Positions 28,612 to 39,720 are shown, counted from the stretch's first letter. The stretch is 64,000 bases of DNA from an uncultured Aminicenantes bacterium (GCA_965195285.1 CBDAFS010000055.1:32001-96000), one strand, 5' to 3'. The notes: generated from the letters alone by a model not told the origin. Made by a program: numbers and translations.

Positions 28612-29628
28612 TCAATCATGTTTGAAAATCTTTATGGCCGACACCTTGAAAGTAGCCCACAGCTGGTCTCCCAGTTTTATTTGCATTTCTTCAAATGACT
28701 TTCGGGTGATTTCAATAATCAGCACCACACCGATATTCAGAACCACCTCAACCAACGTAGACCGGTTGAAAATATGTTCAACCCGTCCGTGAAATGAATT
28801 CCGGGCAGACGACAACAATGGTTTTCTGGAAATAATAATATCATCGGACCGGATGGCAATATAGGCAAACCCTGCACTCTGAAGTGGAACATGAAAGGCA
28901 ATCCCCTCCAATTGCAGGAAGTAGTCCCTGACCACACCGCTAAAAACATTGCGGTAACCTAGAAAATCAGCAACATCCTTGGTTTTCGGATGGTTGAAAA
29001 TCTCATCCGGTTTGCCGCACTGGACAATCCTGCCATCCATTAAAATAGCCAATCGATCAGCCAGGGACAGGGCCTCTTCAAAATCATGGGTGACATGGAT
29101 AAAGGTGCGGGAAGGATCCTGATGCAGGTTCATAAATAGTTTCCGGGTTTTCAAGCGCAGATTCCGATCCAGTGAAGAGGTGGGCTCATCGAAAAGGTAA
29201 ACATCAGGTGAAATCGCCATGGCCCTGGCAATGGCCACCCTCTGCTTTTCTCCACCTGAGAGATGGTCAGTCCAGCGATCCAGTAAATGGCCAATCTCCA
29301 ATTGACCGGCCACCTCTTTTACGGTCAGGATTATTTTTTGTTTGGCCTGCTTTCTGACCTTCAACCCGTAGGCAATGTTATCAAACACATTCAAATGGGG
29401 AAAAAGCCAGTAATCCTGATAGATAAAACCGATTTTTTTCCGGTCAACCCCGGTTACAATCCCGGAATCCGGTTTGATCAGACCGGCGATTAGTTCCAGG
29501 ATGAGTGTTTTTCCGGCTCCACTCGGACCCAGAATCACAAAAAACTCCCCGGGCCAGACTTGAAAATCAAGATCGAACAGAGCAAAATCCTGATATCTTT
29601 TATTTATATTTTTTAATTCAATATTCAT
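28612..29628 (-). CDS. wtpC: Tungstate/molybdate ABC transporter ATPase with TOBE domain
   Basis: GPSGAGKT, LSGGE, DEP, SSARN..G, TFK. Confidence 0.85.
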   Translation of the reverse strand: MNIELKNINKRYQDFALFDLDFQVWPGEFFVILGPSGAGKTLILELIAGLIKPDSGIVTGVDRKKIGFIYQDYWLFPHLNVFDNIAYGLKVRKQAKQKIILTVKEVAGQLEIGHLLDRWTDHLSGGEKQRVAIARAMAISPDVYLFDEPTSSLDRNLRLKTRKLFMNLHQDPSRTFIHVTHDFEEALSLADRLAILMDGRIVQCGKPDEIFNHPKTKDVADFLGYRNVFSGVVRDYFLQLEGIAFHVPLQSAGFAYIAIRSDDIIISRKPLLSSARNSFHGRVEHIFNRSTLVEVVLNIGVVLIIEITRKSFEEMQIKLGDQLWATFKVSAIKIFKHD

Positions 29629-30374
29629 CTTTCTTCAAAGATTCTGATCACCACAAAGACCGCCAGGCTGATCAACACCAGCAGAACCGTGACCGGGAGG
29701 GCATATTTAAGTCCGAAATTCTGAAAGCGTTCAAAAATCAAAACCGACGCGGTCATGGGGTGATAGGCCAGAATGACTACGGCTCCAAATTCTGATATTC
29801 CCCGGCCCCACATCATGATGGAACCGGAAAAAATGGATTTCTTCACCAGGGGAAGGCTGATGGTTTGAAAGGCTTTCCAGCGACTGGCACCCAGGGTTAG
29901 GGCTGTTTTTTCATACCGTTCATCGATCAATTTAAAACCTGTTTTCACCGCATTGACCAGAAAGGGAACCGAAACAAAGAACATGCCCATGGAAATGGCT
30001 GCTTCGGTCCCGATGATCCGGAGTCCGCTTATTTCGGATAAAAAGGAGTTTCTTCCCCATACAGCCAGCAGGGCTATGCCCGCAGCTGTATGCGGAATAA
30101 TCACCGGGAGATCGATCAGGCCTTCGATCAATTTTTTACCTTTAAACCGGCCCCTGGCCAGAATATAGGCCAGCGGGATGCCAACCAACAAAGCTGTCAG
30201 GGTGGCCCAGAGCGAGGCCCGGAGAGTCAAACCGATCGATTGATAGACCTCGGGCTGAAGTGTGGTATTTATCAGGTCAGAGACATCGGTTGAAAGTAAA
30301 ATTTTCAGGATCGGTAAGCCGATTAATAAGACCAGCAGGAATCCCAGGAACGAGAAAACAATTTTAAATTTCAT
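29625..30374 (-). CDS. wtpB: Tungstate/molybdate ABC transporter permease
   Basis: DLPVIIPHTAAGIAL, EAA-like loop, SEFGAV..AYHP. Confidence 0.85.
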   Translation of the reverse strand: MKFKIVFSFLGFLLVLLIGLPILKILLSTDVSDLINTTLQPEVYQSIGLTLRASLWATLTALLVGIPLAYILARGRFKGKKLIEGLIDLPVIIPHTAAGIALLAVWGRNSFLSEISGLRIIGTEAAISMGMFFVSVPFLVNAVKTGFKLIDERYEKTALTLGASRWKAFQTISLPLVKKSIFSGSIMMWGRGISEFGAVVILAYHPMTASVLIFERFQNFGLKYALPVTVLLVLISLAVFVVIRIFEER

Positions 30375-31357
30375 TTGATTTCAAAAAAAGGTTTCAATAT
30401 CCCGGGCAATCGGTCCGGGTAATCAACGGCCGGTGGCACCATTTCAGGCTGGCCGTTTTGCTTCATGATTTTCCGGCCTTCCACCCCCAGCACAAAGGCC
30501 ACAAAGCGCCCCCCCCAGAGTGGATTCCGGGCATTTCGGGGCACGGTAATGCCATAGACCATGGGAAATCCCTTTTTGATCATCCATTCACCCGGTTTTT
30601 TTCCGGTGATTTTTACCGAAACCTGCTGGTAGAAGCGGGAAAATGCGGAAGATTTCAAATTGATTTCATCCGGCAGAACTACATACTTCATCCTGTGTTG
30701 CCGGGCAACACTTCTGTATATAAACACATAATCGAGTTCGGAAACCTCTAACAGGGCAATCAGGTCCGTTTCCTTGGGACGGATATTTTTCCGGGGCATT
30801 TTGGAGCGTAGTTGGGAAAACAAGCCCGGGAGACGGTAAAATTTTTCAGCCAGTTTCCAGGTTAACACCGCCCGGTACCCGCAGGGATCTGAATTTGGAT
30901 CGGAATGTCCAAATTGCACCCCGGGCCTGAGCAAAATGTCAACCCAGTTATTGGAGTTGATCTCTCCGGCAAACCGGCTGGATTCGCTGTACATCAATAC
31001 CATCTCGTTGGTAGAAAAATCAATGCAATAACTGGCATATTCCGGTATGAGCATGTTTCTAATAACTGCAGAATCCGCCGCAGCCATGACATCGGCCAAC
31101 CGTTTCAGATCACTGATCTGGCGGGCAGCGGTGCGGCTGCCATGGGCTTCCAGTCTCACCTGGATCTGGGGAAATTTATTCATGAACCGGGCAGCCATCT
31201 GCTTGAACGGAACCGAAAGTGAACCCGCATGCAGAACCAGCAGTTCACTTTTTCGAGATTGACCGCAGGACCAGGCTAAAATGATAGCCAGAAATAGTAG
31301 AATATAACCATACCGCTTCATTGCATTTCTCCAGAAACTGAAAGGGAATTTTTTCAC
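30371..31357 (-). CDS. wtpA: Tungstate/molybdate-binding lipoprotein WtpA (GTG 31357 or ATG 31321)
   Basis: HAGSL, GSR, PNSDPCGYR, RPKETDL, YRSVA; lipobox AWSC; AGGAG RBS 8 nt before GTG 31357. Confidence 0.85.
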   Translation of the reverse strand: MKKFPFSFWRNAMKRYGYILLFLAIILAWSCGQSRKSELLVLHAGSLSVPFKQMAARFMNKFPQIQVRLEAHGSRTAARQISDLKRLADVMAAADSAVIRNMLIPEYASYCIDFSTNEMVLMYSESSRFAGEINSNNWVDILLRPGVQFGHSDPNSDPCGYRAVLTWKLAEKFYRLPGLFSQLRSKMPRKNIRPKETDLIALLEVSELDYVFIYRSVARQHRMKYVVLPDEINLKSSAFSRFYQQVSVKITGKKPGEWMIKKGFPMVYGITVPRNARNPLWGGRFVAFVLGVEGRKIMKQNGQPEMVPPAVDYPDRLPGILKPFFEIK

Positions 31358-31363
31358 TGAAAA

Positions 31364-31461
31364 TTCTCCTTTCCAAGCACGGGAGGCAAATCCGTTTCCA
31401 AATTTACCCTGTCGGTTCAAAGGACATAGATAAAAACGGTAGCCCCTTGAACTCGGAGAAT
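31364..31461 (-). promoter_or_regulatory. Moco/Tuco riboswitch (P3-less, tungsten-type architecture)
   Basis: Minus strand: TTCTCCGAG-P2(GTTCAAGGGG/TCCTTTGAAC)-CGACA-GGGT..P4 with GAAA loop..GCCTCCCGT..GGAAAGGAGAA. P1 covers the RBS; upstream of wtpA and Moco genes. Confidence 0.88.
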
Positions 31462-31524
31462 CCGTACCTCTTTTGATATAATCGGCAACAGAATATCAAT
31501 TTATCAGGAAAGGTCCGATTTGTC

Positions 31525-31566
31525 AAATATCAGCCGAAAATATCACCGAAAATATCACATCGAAAA
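31525..31566. repeat. Three imperfect direct repeats AAATATCA(n)CG
   Basis: aaatatcagccg aaaatatcaccg aaaatatcacatcg between the divergent wtpA and hslV promoters. Confidence 0.6.
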
Positions 31567-31577
31567 GGCAATCCCAT

Positions 31578-31606
31578 TTGACTATTGAGGTAAAAAATAA
31601 TACAAT
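31578..31606 (+). promoter_or_regulatory. Sigma70-type promoter for hslVU, probably leaderless
   Basis: TTGACT-17 bp-TACAAT, 6 nt before ATG 31613. Confidence 0.7.
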
Positions 31607-31612
31607 AACCGA

Positions 31613-32149
31613 ATGAATAACCAACTCAAACATACCACTGTGCTCTGTGTTAAACACAAGGGAAAGATTGTCATCGGTGCTGACGGACAGGTTTCCTTTC
31701 AGAATACGGTTTTAAAACACAAAGCCAAAAAAGTACGCCGGCTCTACAATAACGAGGTACTGGCCGGTTTTGCCGGCTCCACCTCAGATGCCTTTTCCCT
31801 GTTTCAACGATTCGAAGGCAAGCTAGAAGAATACAACGGAAATTTATCCCGGGCCGCCATCGAACTCTCCAAAGAATGGAGGACGGATAAGATACTTAGA
31901 AGACTGGAAGCCATGCTCATTGTAGCCAACAACGATAATCTGTACATCCTTTCCGGTTCCGGAGACGTGATTGAACCGGATGAAGATGTGCTTGCCATTG
32001 GAAGCGGAGGCCCCTATGCCCAGGCAGCGGCACTGGCTCTGAAACGGTTCTCGAACCTGGGTGCCCGGGAACTGGTCGAAAAATCACTGGAAATTGCCTC
32101 AAACATTTGCATCTATACCAACGAGAAATTTACTATTGAGGAACTTTAA
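31613..32149 (+). CDS. hslV: ATP-dependent protease subunit HslV
   Basis: TTVL catalytic Thr, DGQV, GFAGS, AIGSGG, CIYTN. Confidence 0.97.
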   Translation: MNNQLKHTTVLCVKHKGKIVIGADGQVSFQNTVLKHKAKKVRRLYNNEVLAGFAGSTSDAFSLFQRFEGKLEEYNGNLSRAAIELSKEWRTDKILRRLEAMLIVANNDNLYILSGSGDVIEPDEDVLAIGSGGPYAQAAALALKRFSNLGARELVEKSLEIASNICIYTNEKFTIEEL

Positions 32150-33534
32150 TGGAAACCATAAATAAAAAAGAGCTAAAAAAGGATGATGACTTGACCCCGA
32201 AGGAAATTGTCCGGGAACTTGATAAATATATTGTCAGTCAGAATGATGCCAAAAAAGCAGTGGCCATTGCCCTGCGCAACCGGTTTCGGAGACAGAAACT
32301 TCCCAAAGAAATTGCCGATGATATTATTCCCAAGAATATTTTGATGATCGGTCCCACCGGGGTGGGAAAGACTGAAATCGCCCGGAGGCTGGCCAAGTTA
32401 ACCCAGTCCCCATTTATCAAGATAGAAGCATCCAAATTCACCGAAGTGGGCTATGTTGGAAGGGATGTGGAATCCATTATCAGAGACCTGATCCGGATAG
32501 CCGTGGACCTGGTCAAAGTTGAAGAAATGGAAATCAATCTGGAAAAGGCCCATCAGAATGCTGAGGAAAAAATACTCTCTCTGCTCCTGCCCGAGCAAAA
32601 GAAGGTCAGGGGGCCGGCAGCTGAACTGGATCTTGAAAACAAAAGTTTCAATGAAACCAAAGAAAAATTGAGGAAATTACTGAGGAACGGGAATCTCGAT
32701 AATAAAACCATCGAAGTGGAGACCAATGCTTCCAGAACCACTCCATTCGAAATTTTTTCCGCTTCGGGCGTGGAAGAAATCGGTATTACCATCAGCGAGA
32801 TGATGCCCAATATGTTCGGTGGCGGAAAATCAAAAAAAAGAAAAATGACCGTCGGTGAGGCCCGCGAATACCTGCTAAAGGATGAACAGAACCGGCTGCT
32901 GGACATGGATGAAATTTCAAAGATTGCCATTCAGAAGGCAGAACAAATGGGAATCGTGTTTCTGGATGAAATCGATAAGATTGCCGGGCGGGAAAGCGGT
33001 AGCCAGGGCCCCATGGTTTCCCGGGAAGGGGTACAGAGAGACCTGCTGCCCATCATCGAAGGCACAACCGTAAATACCAAGTACGGGATGGTCAAGACAG
33101 ATCATATTTTGTTTATTGGTACCGGTGCTTTTCATGTCACCAAACCCTCTGACCTGATTCCTGAATTGCAGGGCCGGTTTCCCATCCGGGTTGAATTGCT
33201 TTCACTGAGTCAACAGGATTTCATCAAAATTCTTACCGAACCCAAGAATGCCCTGGTTAAGCAGTACCAGGCCCTGATGAGCACCGAAGGATTGGATATC
33301 CAGATCAGCGAGAACGCCATTACCGAAATCGCCAAAATCGCAGAAGAGGTCAATTCAACCTCTGAAAATATCGGGGCTCGCCGATTGCACACCATTATGG
33401 AAAAAATCATGGAGGAAATCTCTTTCGAAGCCTCGGATATCGACCAGAGCCAGGTTAAAATCGATCGGGAATATGTGCTTAAAAAAGTAGAGGGGATTGC
33501 CAAAGACAGTGATCTGAGCAAATATATACTGTGA
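32149..33534 (+). CDS. hslU: ATP-dependent protease ATPase HslU
   Basis: [28 protein letters not shown]-terminal YIL. Confidence 0.97.
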   Translation: METINKKELKKDDDLTPKEIVRELDKYIVSQNDAKKAVAIALRNRFRRQKLPKEIADDIIPKNILMIGPTGVGKTEIARRLAKLTQSPFIKIEASKFTEVGYVGRDVESIIRDLIRIAVDLVKVEEMEINLEKAHQNAEEKILSLLLPEQKKVRGPAAELDLENKSFNETKEKLRKLLRNGNLDNKTIEVETNASRTTPFEIFSASGVEEIGITISEMMPNMFGGGKSKKRKMTVGEAREYLLKDEQNRLLDMDEISKIAIQKAEQMGIVFLDEIDKIAGRESGSQGPMVSREGVQRDLLPIIEGTTVNTKYGMVKTDHILFIGTGAFHVTKPSDLIPELQGRFPIRVELLSLSQQDFIKILTEPKNALVKQYQALMSTEGLDIQISENAITEIAKIAEEVNSTSENIGARRLHTIMEKIMEEISFEASDIDQSQVKIDREYVLKKVEGIAKDSDLSKYIL

Positions 33535-34631
33535 TGAAAAGAAAAAAACTGGAGTCAGTAACAAATCATATTTCCTCTTATACATCAAAACAATCCACAA
33601 ATTTTTCATTTAAATTTTTTGTTTACCTTTTTTTAATATTCAGTTTCATTAGTTGCGGGAAAAAGGGACCCTTGAAGCTGGAACCCAGAAAGCTGCCGGT
33701 TAAAATCAGGGATTTACAGATCAAGCAAATCGGTAACAATATCAAGCTCATGTGGAATTACCCTACTCTGCTGTCAGACAAAAAAACCCGGATGGAAAAA
33801 AAAGAAGTCAGTAAAATTCGGATATATTATACCAGCAAGCAGTTATCCCCAAAAAAATTCAAAAAAAAATCAACCCTACTCATGAAGCTGGATCATAAAA
33901 AAATAAAGACGGAAAACAAAATGTTTACCGTATCCATCCCATTCAAAACCAAAAACCTGGACCGAAAACTGCATGGCTTTGCCATTAAATATTCATATGA
34001 AAGGAAAAAATCCCCCCTCAGCATCATCGCCACGATTCAGACCATCATGCCCGCCAAGCCCATTATCGATTTAACCATCAAAAAAGAAAACAAAGTTGTT
34101 AAACTGAAGTGGACCCGTCCTGTCCTTAACCTGTCCAATAAGCCCATTCAATATATTACTGGGTACCGGGTTTATAAAAAAATCCAAAAAGGCCCATTTC
34201 TACTGGCCAATAAGGAAAGTGTGCTCCAGGAATTTTATGAAGATATGGATACAGGAAAGGACGGGGAATATTTTTACCGGGTATCTGCTGTCATGTCCAA
34301 GGAAATTGAGAGCGATATTTCCAATACCGTCTCGGTCAAGGTAAAGGACATATTCCCGCCGGATCCTCCTGCCAATTTAATCAGCTTTAAAACCGAAGAC
34401 CACATCTTTCTGACCTGGAGCCCGGTCGAGGATAAGGACCTTGCCTTTTACAAGGTCTTCCGAAGATCTGATCCGGAGGCAGAATTTAAATTGATAGCCG
34501 ACCAGCTGAATCAGAACTTTTATAAAGACACCGGGCTAAAGCAGGGTAAGACATATATTTATGCGGTTTCCGCTGTGGACCACAAGGGAAATGAAAGCCA
34601 GGTCTCAAATGTCGTGCAAGAGGATTTGTAA
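33531..34631 (+). CDS. Fibronectin type III domain lipoprotein (start uncertain)
   Basis: Lipobox FISC-GKKGP; repeated FN3 motifs (LKW..P, GYRVY, Y.Y.VSAV, GNES). Confidence 0.75.
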   Translation: MMKRKKLESVTNHISSYTSKQSTNFSFKFFVYLFLIFSFISCGKKGPLKLEPRKLPVKIRDLQIKQIGNNIKLMWNYPTLLSDKKTRMEKKEVSKIRIYYTSKQLSPKKFKKKSTLLMKLDHKKIKTENKMFTVSIPFKTKNLDRKLHGFAIKYSYERKKSPLSIIATIQTIMPAKPIIDLTIKKENKVVKLKWTRPVLNLSNKPIQYITGYRVYKKIQKGPFLLANKESVLQEFYEDMDTGKDGEYFYRVSAVMSKEIESDISNTVSVKVKDIFPPDPPANLISFKTEDHIFLTWSPVEDKDLAFYKVFRRSDPEAEFKLIADQLNQNFYKDTGLKQGKTYIYAVSAVDHKGNESQVSNVVQEDL

Positions 34632-34674
34632 TCAGCCGCTCAAACGGCAAACATTTTAATTTTCCCCACTCCAG

Positions 34675-35856
34675 ATGATAAGGAAATATCCCCCTGGTTC
34701 CAATAAAAACATGAAATCACGGGTAGTGCTGGTCGAGTGCCCCGAATACAGGCAGGAAACCGTATCCCGGGCCGTTCAAAAGGGAATTGATCTCTTGGGG
34801 GGGGTGGGACAATTTGCCCGCAAAAATGAGACCCTGCTCCTGAAACCTAACCTCCTGGCCGGGGAACCTCCGGAAAAATCAGTCACCACCCACCCGGCCG
34901 TATTCAGAGCAGTGGGAGAGGTTTTCAAAAATCAGGGTATCCGTCTGGTCTATGGAGACTCTCCGGGTATTGGAAATCCAGAAAAGGTCGCCCGGAAATC
35001 AGGCCTGAAAACAATGGCTGATGAGTTGAATATTCCCCTGACCGACTTCAAAACTGGCCGTAAAATAACCTATACTCAGGCACTGGTGGCCAGGCATCTA
35101 ACCCTGGCCAGGGCAGCCCTGGATGCCCACGGTATCATCAGTATCAGTAAGATGAAAACCCATGCATTGACCGGAATCACCGGGGCTGTCAAAAATAGCT
35201 TCGGATGTGTACCCGGCTTCCTGAAAGAGGAATTCCATCTGAAGATGAAGGATATCAACCTGTTCTGCTCCCTGCTGGTGGACATTACCGCCTATCTCAG
35301 ACCCCGATTGCATATCATGGACGGGATTGTAGCCATGGAAGGAAACGGACCCCGCAGCGGTGATCCCAAGAACATGAATGTTCTGCTATTCTCCACCGAC
35401 CCGGTGGCCCTGGATTCGATATTCTGTCAAATGATCGATTTCAATCCCCTCTATGTCCCCTATTTGAAAATTGGCCAGGAATCAGGGCTGGGGACCTGCA
35501 ACCCGGCTGAGATCGAGGTCAGCGGTGATAACTTGAAAAAGTTTATCCGGACCGATTTTAAAATCAAGAGGCGCCCGATCCAGAAACTGACTCTGGCCCA
35601 GAACCTCCCCCATTTTATCAAGAACATCATCATATCCAAACCAATTATCGATTACCGGCTCTGCACCAATTGCGGCTCCTGTGTACTCCAGTGTCCGATA
35701 CCGGAAAAAGCAGTCAACTGGAAAACAGGAAAAAAAAAGGAAAAACCGCGCTACGATTACAGCCGGTGTATACGCTGTTACTGCTGCCAGGAAATCTGCC
35801 CGGAAAAAGCCATATCGGTAAAAACTCCGTTTTTAGGCAAAATGATTTTCAGATAG
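34675..35856 (+). CDS. DUF362 family protein with C-terminal 2x[4Fe-4S] ferredoxin
   Basis: LLKPNLL, TTHP, KMKTH, GAVKN, MEGNGP; two CxxCxxCxxxCP motifs. Confidence 0.85.
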   Translation: MIRKYPPGSNKNMKSRVVLVECPEYRQETVSRAVQKGIDLLGGVGQFARKNETLLLKPNLLAGEPPEKSVTTHPAVFRAVGEVFKNQGIRLVYGDSPGIGNPEKVARKSGLKTMADELNIPLTDFKTGRKITYTQALVARHLTLARAALDAHGIISISKMKTHALTGITGAVKNSFGCVPGFLKEEFHLKMKDINLFCSLLVDITAYLRPRLHIMDGIVAMEGNGPRSGDPKNMNVLLFSTDPVALDSIFCQMIDFNPLYVPYLKIGQESGLGTCNPAEIEVSGDNLKKFIRTDFKIKRRPIQKLTLAQNLPHFIKNIIISKPIIDYRLCTNCGSCVLQCPIPEKAVNWKTGKKKEKPRYDYSRCIRCYCCQEICPEKAISVKTPFLGKMIFR

Positions 35857-35970
35857 ATATATATTTTCAACCACAACCTTAGAAGCCTGGAGACAGAAGT
35901 CAGAAGATAAAAATCTGATGGTGAAATCTAACAAACTCAGCATAATTTCCCATAACCCTAATCTCCTTTT

Positions 35971-37944
35971 TTAAAATAGTTCAATCAATACGTTTTTCAG
36001 GTATTTGATCCGATCTCTCAATAACGCAGCTACTTTAAAATCAAGTTCCGCGGCCTTTTGTTTCATCAGCAAAGTTAGGTTGTCGATCTCCTCAACCAGC
36101 GATTCCCTGTTTTTGAACTGAACATCGATCTTTTCCTCGCTTTTCTGGATCCAGTAGTCATCATCGTAAAAATCCTTGATACCCTTGGAGATCGACCGGG
36201 GTTTAATACCCTGTTTCCGGTTATATTCCATCTGGTATTGCCTTCTTCTCCTGGATTCACTTATGGCCTTTTCCAGTGAATCATTCAGGTCCCGGACATA
36301 CAGGATAACCCGACCCTTCACATTACGGGACGCCCGGCCGAACGTCTGAATCAGGGATGTTTCCGAACGTAAAAAACCCTCCCGGTCCGCATCCAGAATA
36401 ATGACCAGGGATACTTCAGGCAGGTCCAGGCCTTCTCTCAACAGATTAATCCCCACCAGTATATCAATTTCTCCGGTTCTCAGTTTTTTTATCACCTTTA
36501 TCCGGTCCAGGGGTTTGATATCAGAATGGAGATAGGTACACTTGAAACCATTCGTCATCAGGAAATCGGTCAATTTTTCAGACATCTTTTTGGTCAGGGT
36601 CGTGATCAGTATCCGGTCATGTTGCCTTAATTCGGATTCTATTTCTCCGATCATATCTTCTACCGGAGACTCTGTTTTTTTTATGGTTATTTCCGGGTCC
36701 AGCAAACCCGTTGGCCTGACCATCAGTTCCGTCACCTGATTACCGGACTCCATGATTTCATATTCAGAAGGGGTTGCCGACACATAAAGGACCTTGTCCA
36801 GCTTGGCATTGATTTCATCAAAATTCAGTGGACGGTTATCCATGGCAGTGGGCAAACGGAAGCCGAATCCCACCAGTTTTTTCTTCCGGGACCGATCACC
36901 TTCATACATTCCCCTCAGCTGAGGTACGGTAATATGGGACTCATCAATGATCAGTAAAAAATCTTCACCAAAAAAATCCAGCAGGGTATAGGGAGGTTCA
37001 CCTTTTTTTCTACCGGTCAGATAAAGAGAATAGTTTTCAATGCCAGGGCAATGGCCGTATTGTTCCAGCAACTCCATATCGAACAGGGTTCTTTCCGTCA
37101 GGCGTTCGGCAAACTCGGGGTGGCCTGATTTTCTGAAAAAATCAATCCGTTCTTCCAGTTCAAGTTTAATTTCGCGGATGGAATCGTTGATTCGATTCCG
37201 GTGGTAGTGAAAGTAAGAGACCGGGTAAATGGTAACCCGATCCAGTGATTCCGAGGCAATTGCCGTAATGGCATCAAATACTTCAATGCCTTTCAATTCA
37301 TCTCTTTCCAGGACCAGGCGTACCGGATTTTCCTCACTGGTGGAAAAAATTTCAATAAAATCGCCACGGACCCGAAACTGGCCGCTTTCAATGAAATCCT
37401 CGGTTCGATTATATCCCAGGCTGATGAACTGGCGCATCAGATGATCCCGGTCCAGCTTTTCTGCCATCGAAAAAGTGATTTTTTGAGAAAAGAAATCATC
37501 CGGTGATCCGATGCCGTATATGGCCGATACCGAGGCGATGATCACAGTATTTTTGGATTCCAGGATATTTCTGGCCGCATCGATGCGAAGCCGCTCCAGT
37601 TCCGGATTGATGGATACCTCTTTGGCAATGTACAGATTTTTCTGGGGTATATAGGCCTCTGGAAAATAATAATCATAGTAACTGACAAAATACCCCACCC
37701 GGTTTACGGGGAAAAAACCCCTGAACTCCTGATACAGCTGGGCAGCCAGGGTTTTATTGGGCGCCAGGATCAGGGCCGGGCGGTCAAGCTTCCTGATGAT
37801 GTGGGCCATGGCAAAGGTTTTTCCCGATCCGGTCACCCCCAGCAGTACCTGTCTTTTTTTCTGCTCTTGGAACCGCTGGCTCACCAGATCGACAGCCTGC
37901 TTCTGGGCCAGGGTGATTTCATAACGGGATTCTAATTCATACAT
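35971..37944 (-). CDS. uvrB: Excinuclease ABC subunit B
   Basis: GVTGSGKT, YYDYYFPEAY, DESH, GINLLREGLD, C-terminal UVR domain. Confidence 0.96.
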   Translation of the reverse strand: MYELESRYEITLAQKQAVDLVSQRFQEQKKRQVLLGVTGSGKTFAMAHIIRKLDRPALILAPNKTLAAQLYQEFRGFFPVNRVGYFVSYYDYYFPEAYIPQKNLYIAKEVSINPELERLRIDAARNILESKNTVIIASVSAIYGIGSPDDFFSQKITFSMAEKLDRDHLMRQFISLGYNRTEDFIESGQFRVRGDFIEIFSTSEENPVRLVLERDELKGIEVFDAITAIASESLDRVTIYPVSYFHYHRNRINDSIREIKLELEERIDFFRKSGHPEFAERLTERTLFDMELLEQYGHCPGIENYSLYLTGRKKGEPPYTLLDFFGEDFLLIIDESHITVPQLRGMYEGDRSRKKKLVGFGFRLPTAMDNRPLNFDEINAKLDKVLYVSATPSEYEIMESGNQVTELMVRPTGLLDPEITIKKTESPVEDMIGEIESELRQHDRILITTLTKKMSEKLTDFLMTNGFKCTYLHSDIKPLDRIKVIKKLRTGEIDILVGINLLREGLDLPEVSLVIILDADREGFLRSETSLIQTFGRASRNVKGRVILYVRDLNDSLEKAISESRRRRQYQMEYNRKQGIKPRSISKGIKDFYDDDYWIQKSEEKIDVQFKNRESLVEEIDNLTLLMKQKAAELDFKVAALLRDRIKYLKNVLIELF

Positions 37945-37956
37945 TCAGGTATTATT

Positions 37957-38925
37957 TCAATACCGTTTCCACTCCGGGATCAAATGGTCAGGCACTTGCC
38001 CGGTCAGGGCTCTATCCACACTTCTGACCGTCATCATGGCCATCTCCAGACGGGCTTTGGTGGTGGCACTTCCGATATGCGGGACCAGTACTGCATTGTT
38101 CAGCTTTTTCAGTTTTTCGGTGACCCGGGGTTCATGTTCATAGACATCCAGGCCGGCACCTAACAGGGTTTGGTTTTCCAGTTTTTCAGCCAGGTATTTC
38201 TCGTCCATGAGCGACCCCCTGGAGGCATTGATGAATATGGCATCCCTTTTCATCAGGTCAAACACATCCCGGTTAAACAAGTGATGCACATCGGGACTGT
38301 AGGGTATGTGGAGCGACACCACATCGGATATTTTTATCAGGTCCACAAACCGCCTGTATTCAAAACCATGCCGGGCTTCAAGTTCTTTTTTCGGGTTTCG
38401 GTCATAATAGACCACCTTCATGCCGAAACTTTTAGCTCTGATAGCGGTTGCCAGTCCGATCCTGCCCAGGCCCACGATTCCCAGGATGGCCCCGTTCAAT
38501 TCCTTACCCAGCATCAGATTGGCCCCCCAGCCGTTGAACTCCCCTTTTCTCAGGAAGGCATCAGCTTCAACAATCCTCCTGGACACCGCCAGAATTAAGG
38601 CCATGGTCAGATCAGCGGTGGCATTGGTGAGAATATCCGGTGTGTGGGTGACATAAATACCTTGGCCCATGGCATATTGAAAATCAATGTTGTTATAGCC
38701 GACAGCATAATTGGCAATAATCTTCAGGTTCGGGCCGCCTGCAATAATTTCCCCATTGATATCATCAGACAGAAAACTGATCAGGGCTTGGGTATCTGTA
38801 TTCGCTTTCAGGATCTCCAAAAGGTTCCGCGAATCCTGATCAGCGATAATCAACTGATAGTCCTCTTTTAATTTTTCTATGGCTTCATCCTGGTAAATCT
38901 GGGTCAATATGACTTTTTTTTTCAT
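37957..38925 (-). CDS. D-2-hydroxyacid dehydrogenase (glyoxylate reductase-like)
   Basis: AVGYNN, GLGRIG, NASRG, DVYEHEP, PHIGSAT. Confidence 0.92.
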   Translation of the reverse strand: MKKKVILTQIYQDEAIEKLKEDYQLIIADQDSRNLLEILKANTDTQALISFLSDDINGEIIAGGPNLKIIANYAVGYNNIDFQYAMGQGIYVTHTPDILTNATADLTMALILAVSRRIVEADAFLRKGEFNGWGANLMLGKELNGAILGIVGLGRIGLATAIRAKSFGMKVVYYDRNPKKELEARHGFEYRRFVDLIKISDVVSLHIPYSPDVHHLFNRDVFDLMKRDAIFINASRGSLMDEKYLAEKLENQTLLGAGLDVYEHEPRVTEKLKKLNNAVLVPHIGSATTKARLEMAMMTVRSVDRALTGQVPDHLIPEWKRY

Positions 38926-38956
38926 GAGCTTAGCATTCCTCCATTTTTTCAGGCCA

Positions 38957-39625
38957 TTACCGATCCTCTATTGGTTTTTCCCCCTGAATAAGGCTTTCAA
39001 TGAATCCAAAGGTCCCGGCAAATACCTTTTTTAACCGCTCTACATCCGAAAAAGGCCGGATCCCATTCCCGGTAACCCGGTCCGATAACACCACCAGGGC
39101 CACAAATGGCTTTTCCAGAAATAATCTTAGTGGAAATAACTCCATTTCCACCGCATCGATTCCCCGACTTTCCTGACTTTTCAACCAGCTCCGGGTTTCA
39201 CGCTGCAGGATATCCACACTGACCGCGCTGACCCTTTCAAACTGATCATTTTCCAAATCTTTAAGCCCAAAGTCCCGGCGAGTGGAAAAATGGGTAAAAA
39301 CCGAGCTGGCATGGATCCGGGTGACATTGAGGGCGCAGGGATGATCCCATCTTGGGTTAATGCTGCCAGCAGTTCCCAGGAAAAAGATCTCCTTTTGTTT
39401 CACCCCGGCAATGAATTCCAGCAGAGTGAGCAGGAAAGGATACCCCAGGAAACCAGTCACCAGGGCATAGGCCTGAAACACCAGCACGTCACTTCCCAGC
39501 AGGTGAACGATCTTTCTGGCCCGGATTTGTAACTTCTTAAAAACGGCCCGGTCGTAAAAGTGGGGAATCAATACCAGGGTATCGGGGACATTGATTTTTT
39601 TTGGGGAAAACAGTATGTCTGTCAT
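38957..39625 (-). CDS. Nucleoside phosphorylase-like protein (divergent)
   Basis: FLGTAGS, AVEME and VLSD resemble the PNP/UDP fold. Confidence 0.55.
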   Translation of the reverse strand: MTDILFSPKKINVPDTLVLIPHFYDRAVFKKLQIRARKIVHLLGSDVLVFQAYALVTGFLGYPFLLTLLEFIAGVKQKEIFFLGTAGSINPRWDHPCALNVTRIHASSVFTHFSTRRDFGLKDLENDQFERVSAVSVDILQRETRSWLKSQESRGIDAVEMELFPLRLFLEKPFVALVVLSDRVTGNGIRPFSDVERLKKVFAGTFGFIESLIQGEKPIEDR

Positions 39626-39720
39626 TGAAAAGAGTGCAAATTATACAACACTTTTCCAATCTTGCAAAATGGCTGCTGCCAATAAGGCTAACAAAGGGCT
39701 ATTGGAAACATTTGATTTCT

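Noticed and set aside
31358-31420. N-terminal extension of WtpA in the ORF track
   Set aside because: It runs through the riboswitch; the RBS points to GTG 31357.
8340-37944. Inteins, introns or recoding in polA, hslU, uvrB, mnmA or moaA
   Set aside because: Lengths are normal or compact, frames are uninterrupted, and I saw no in-frame TGA read-through candidates.
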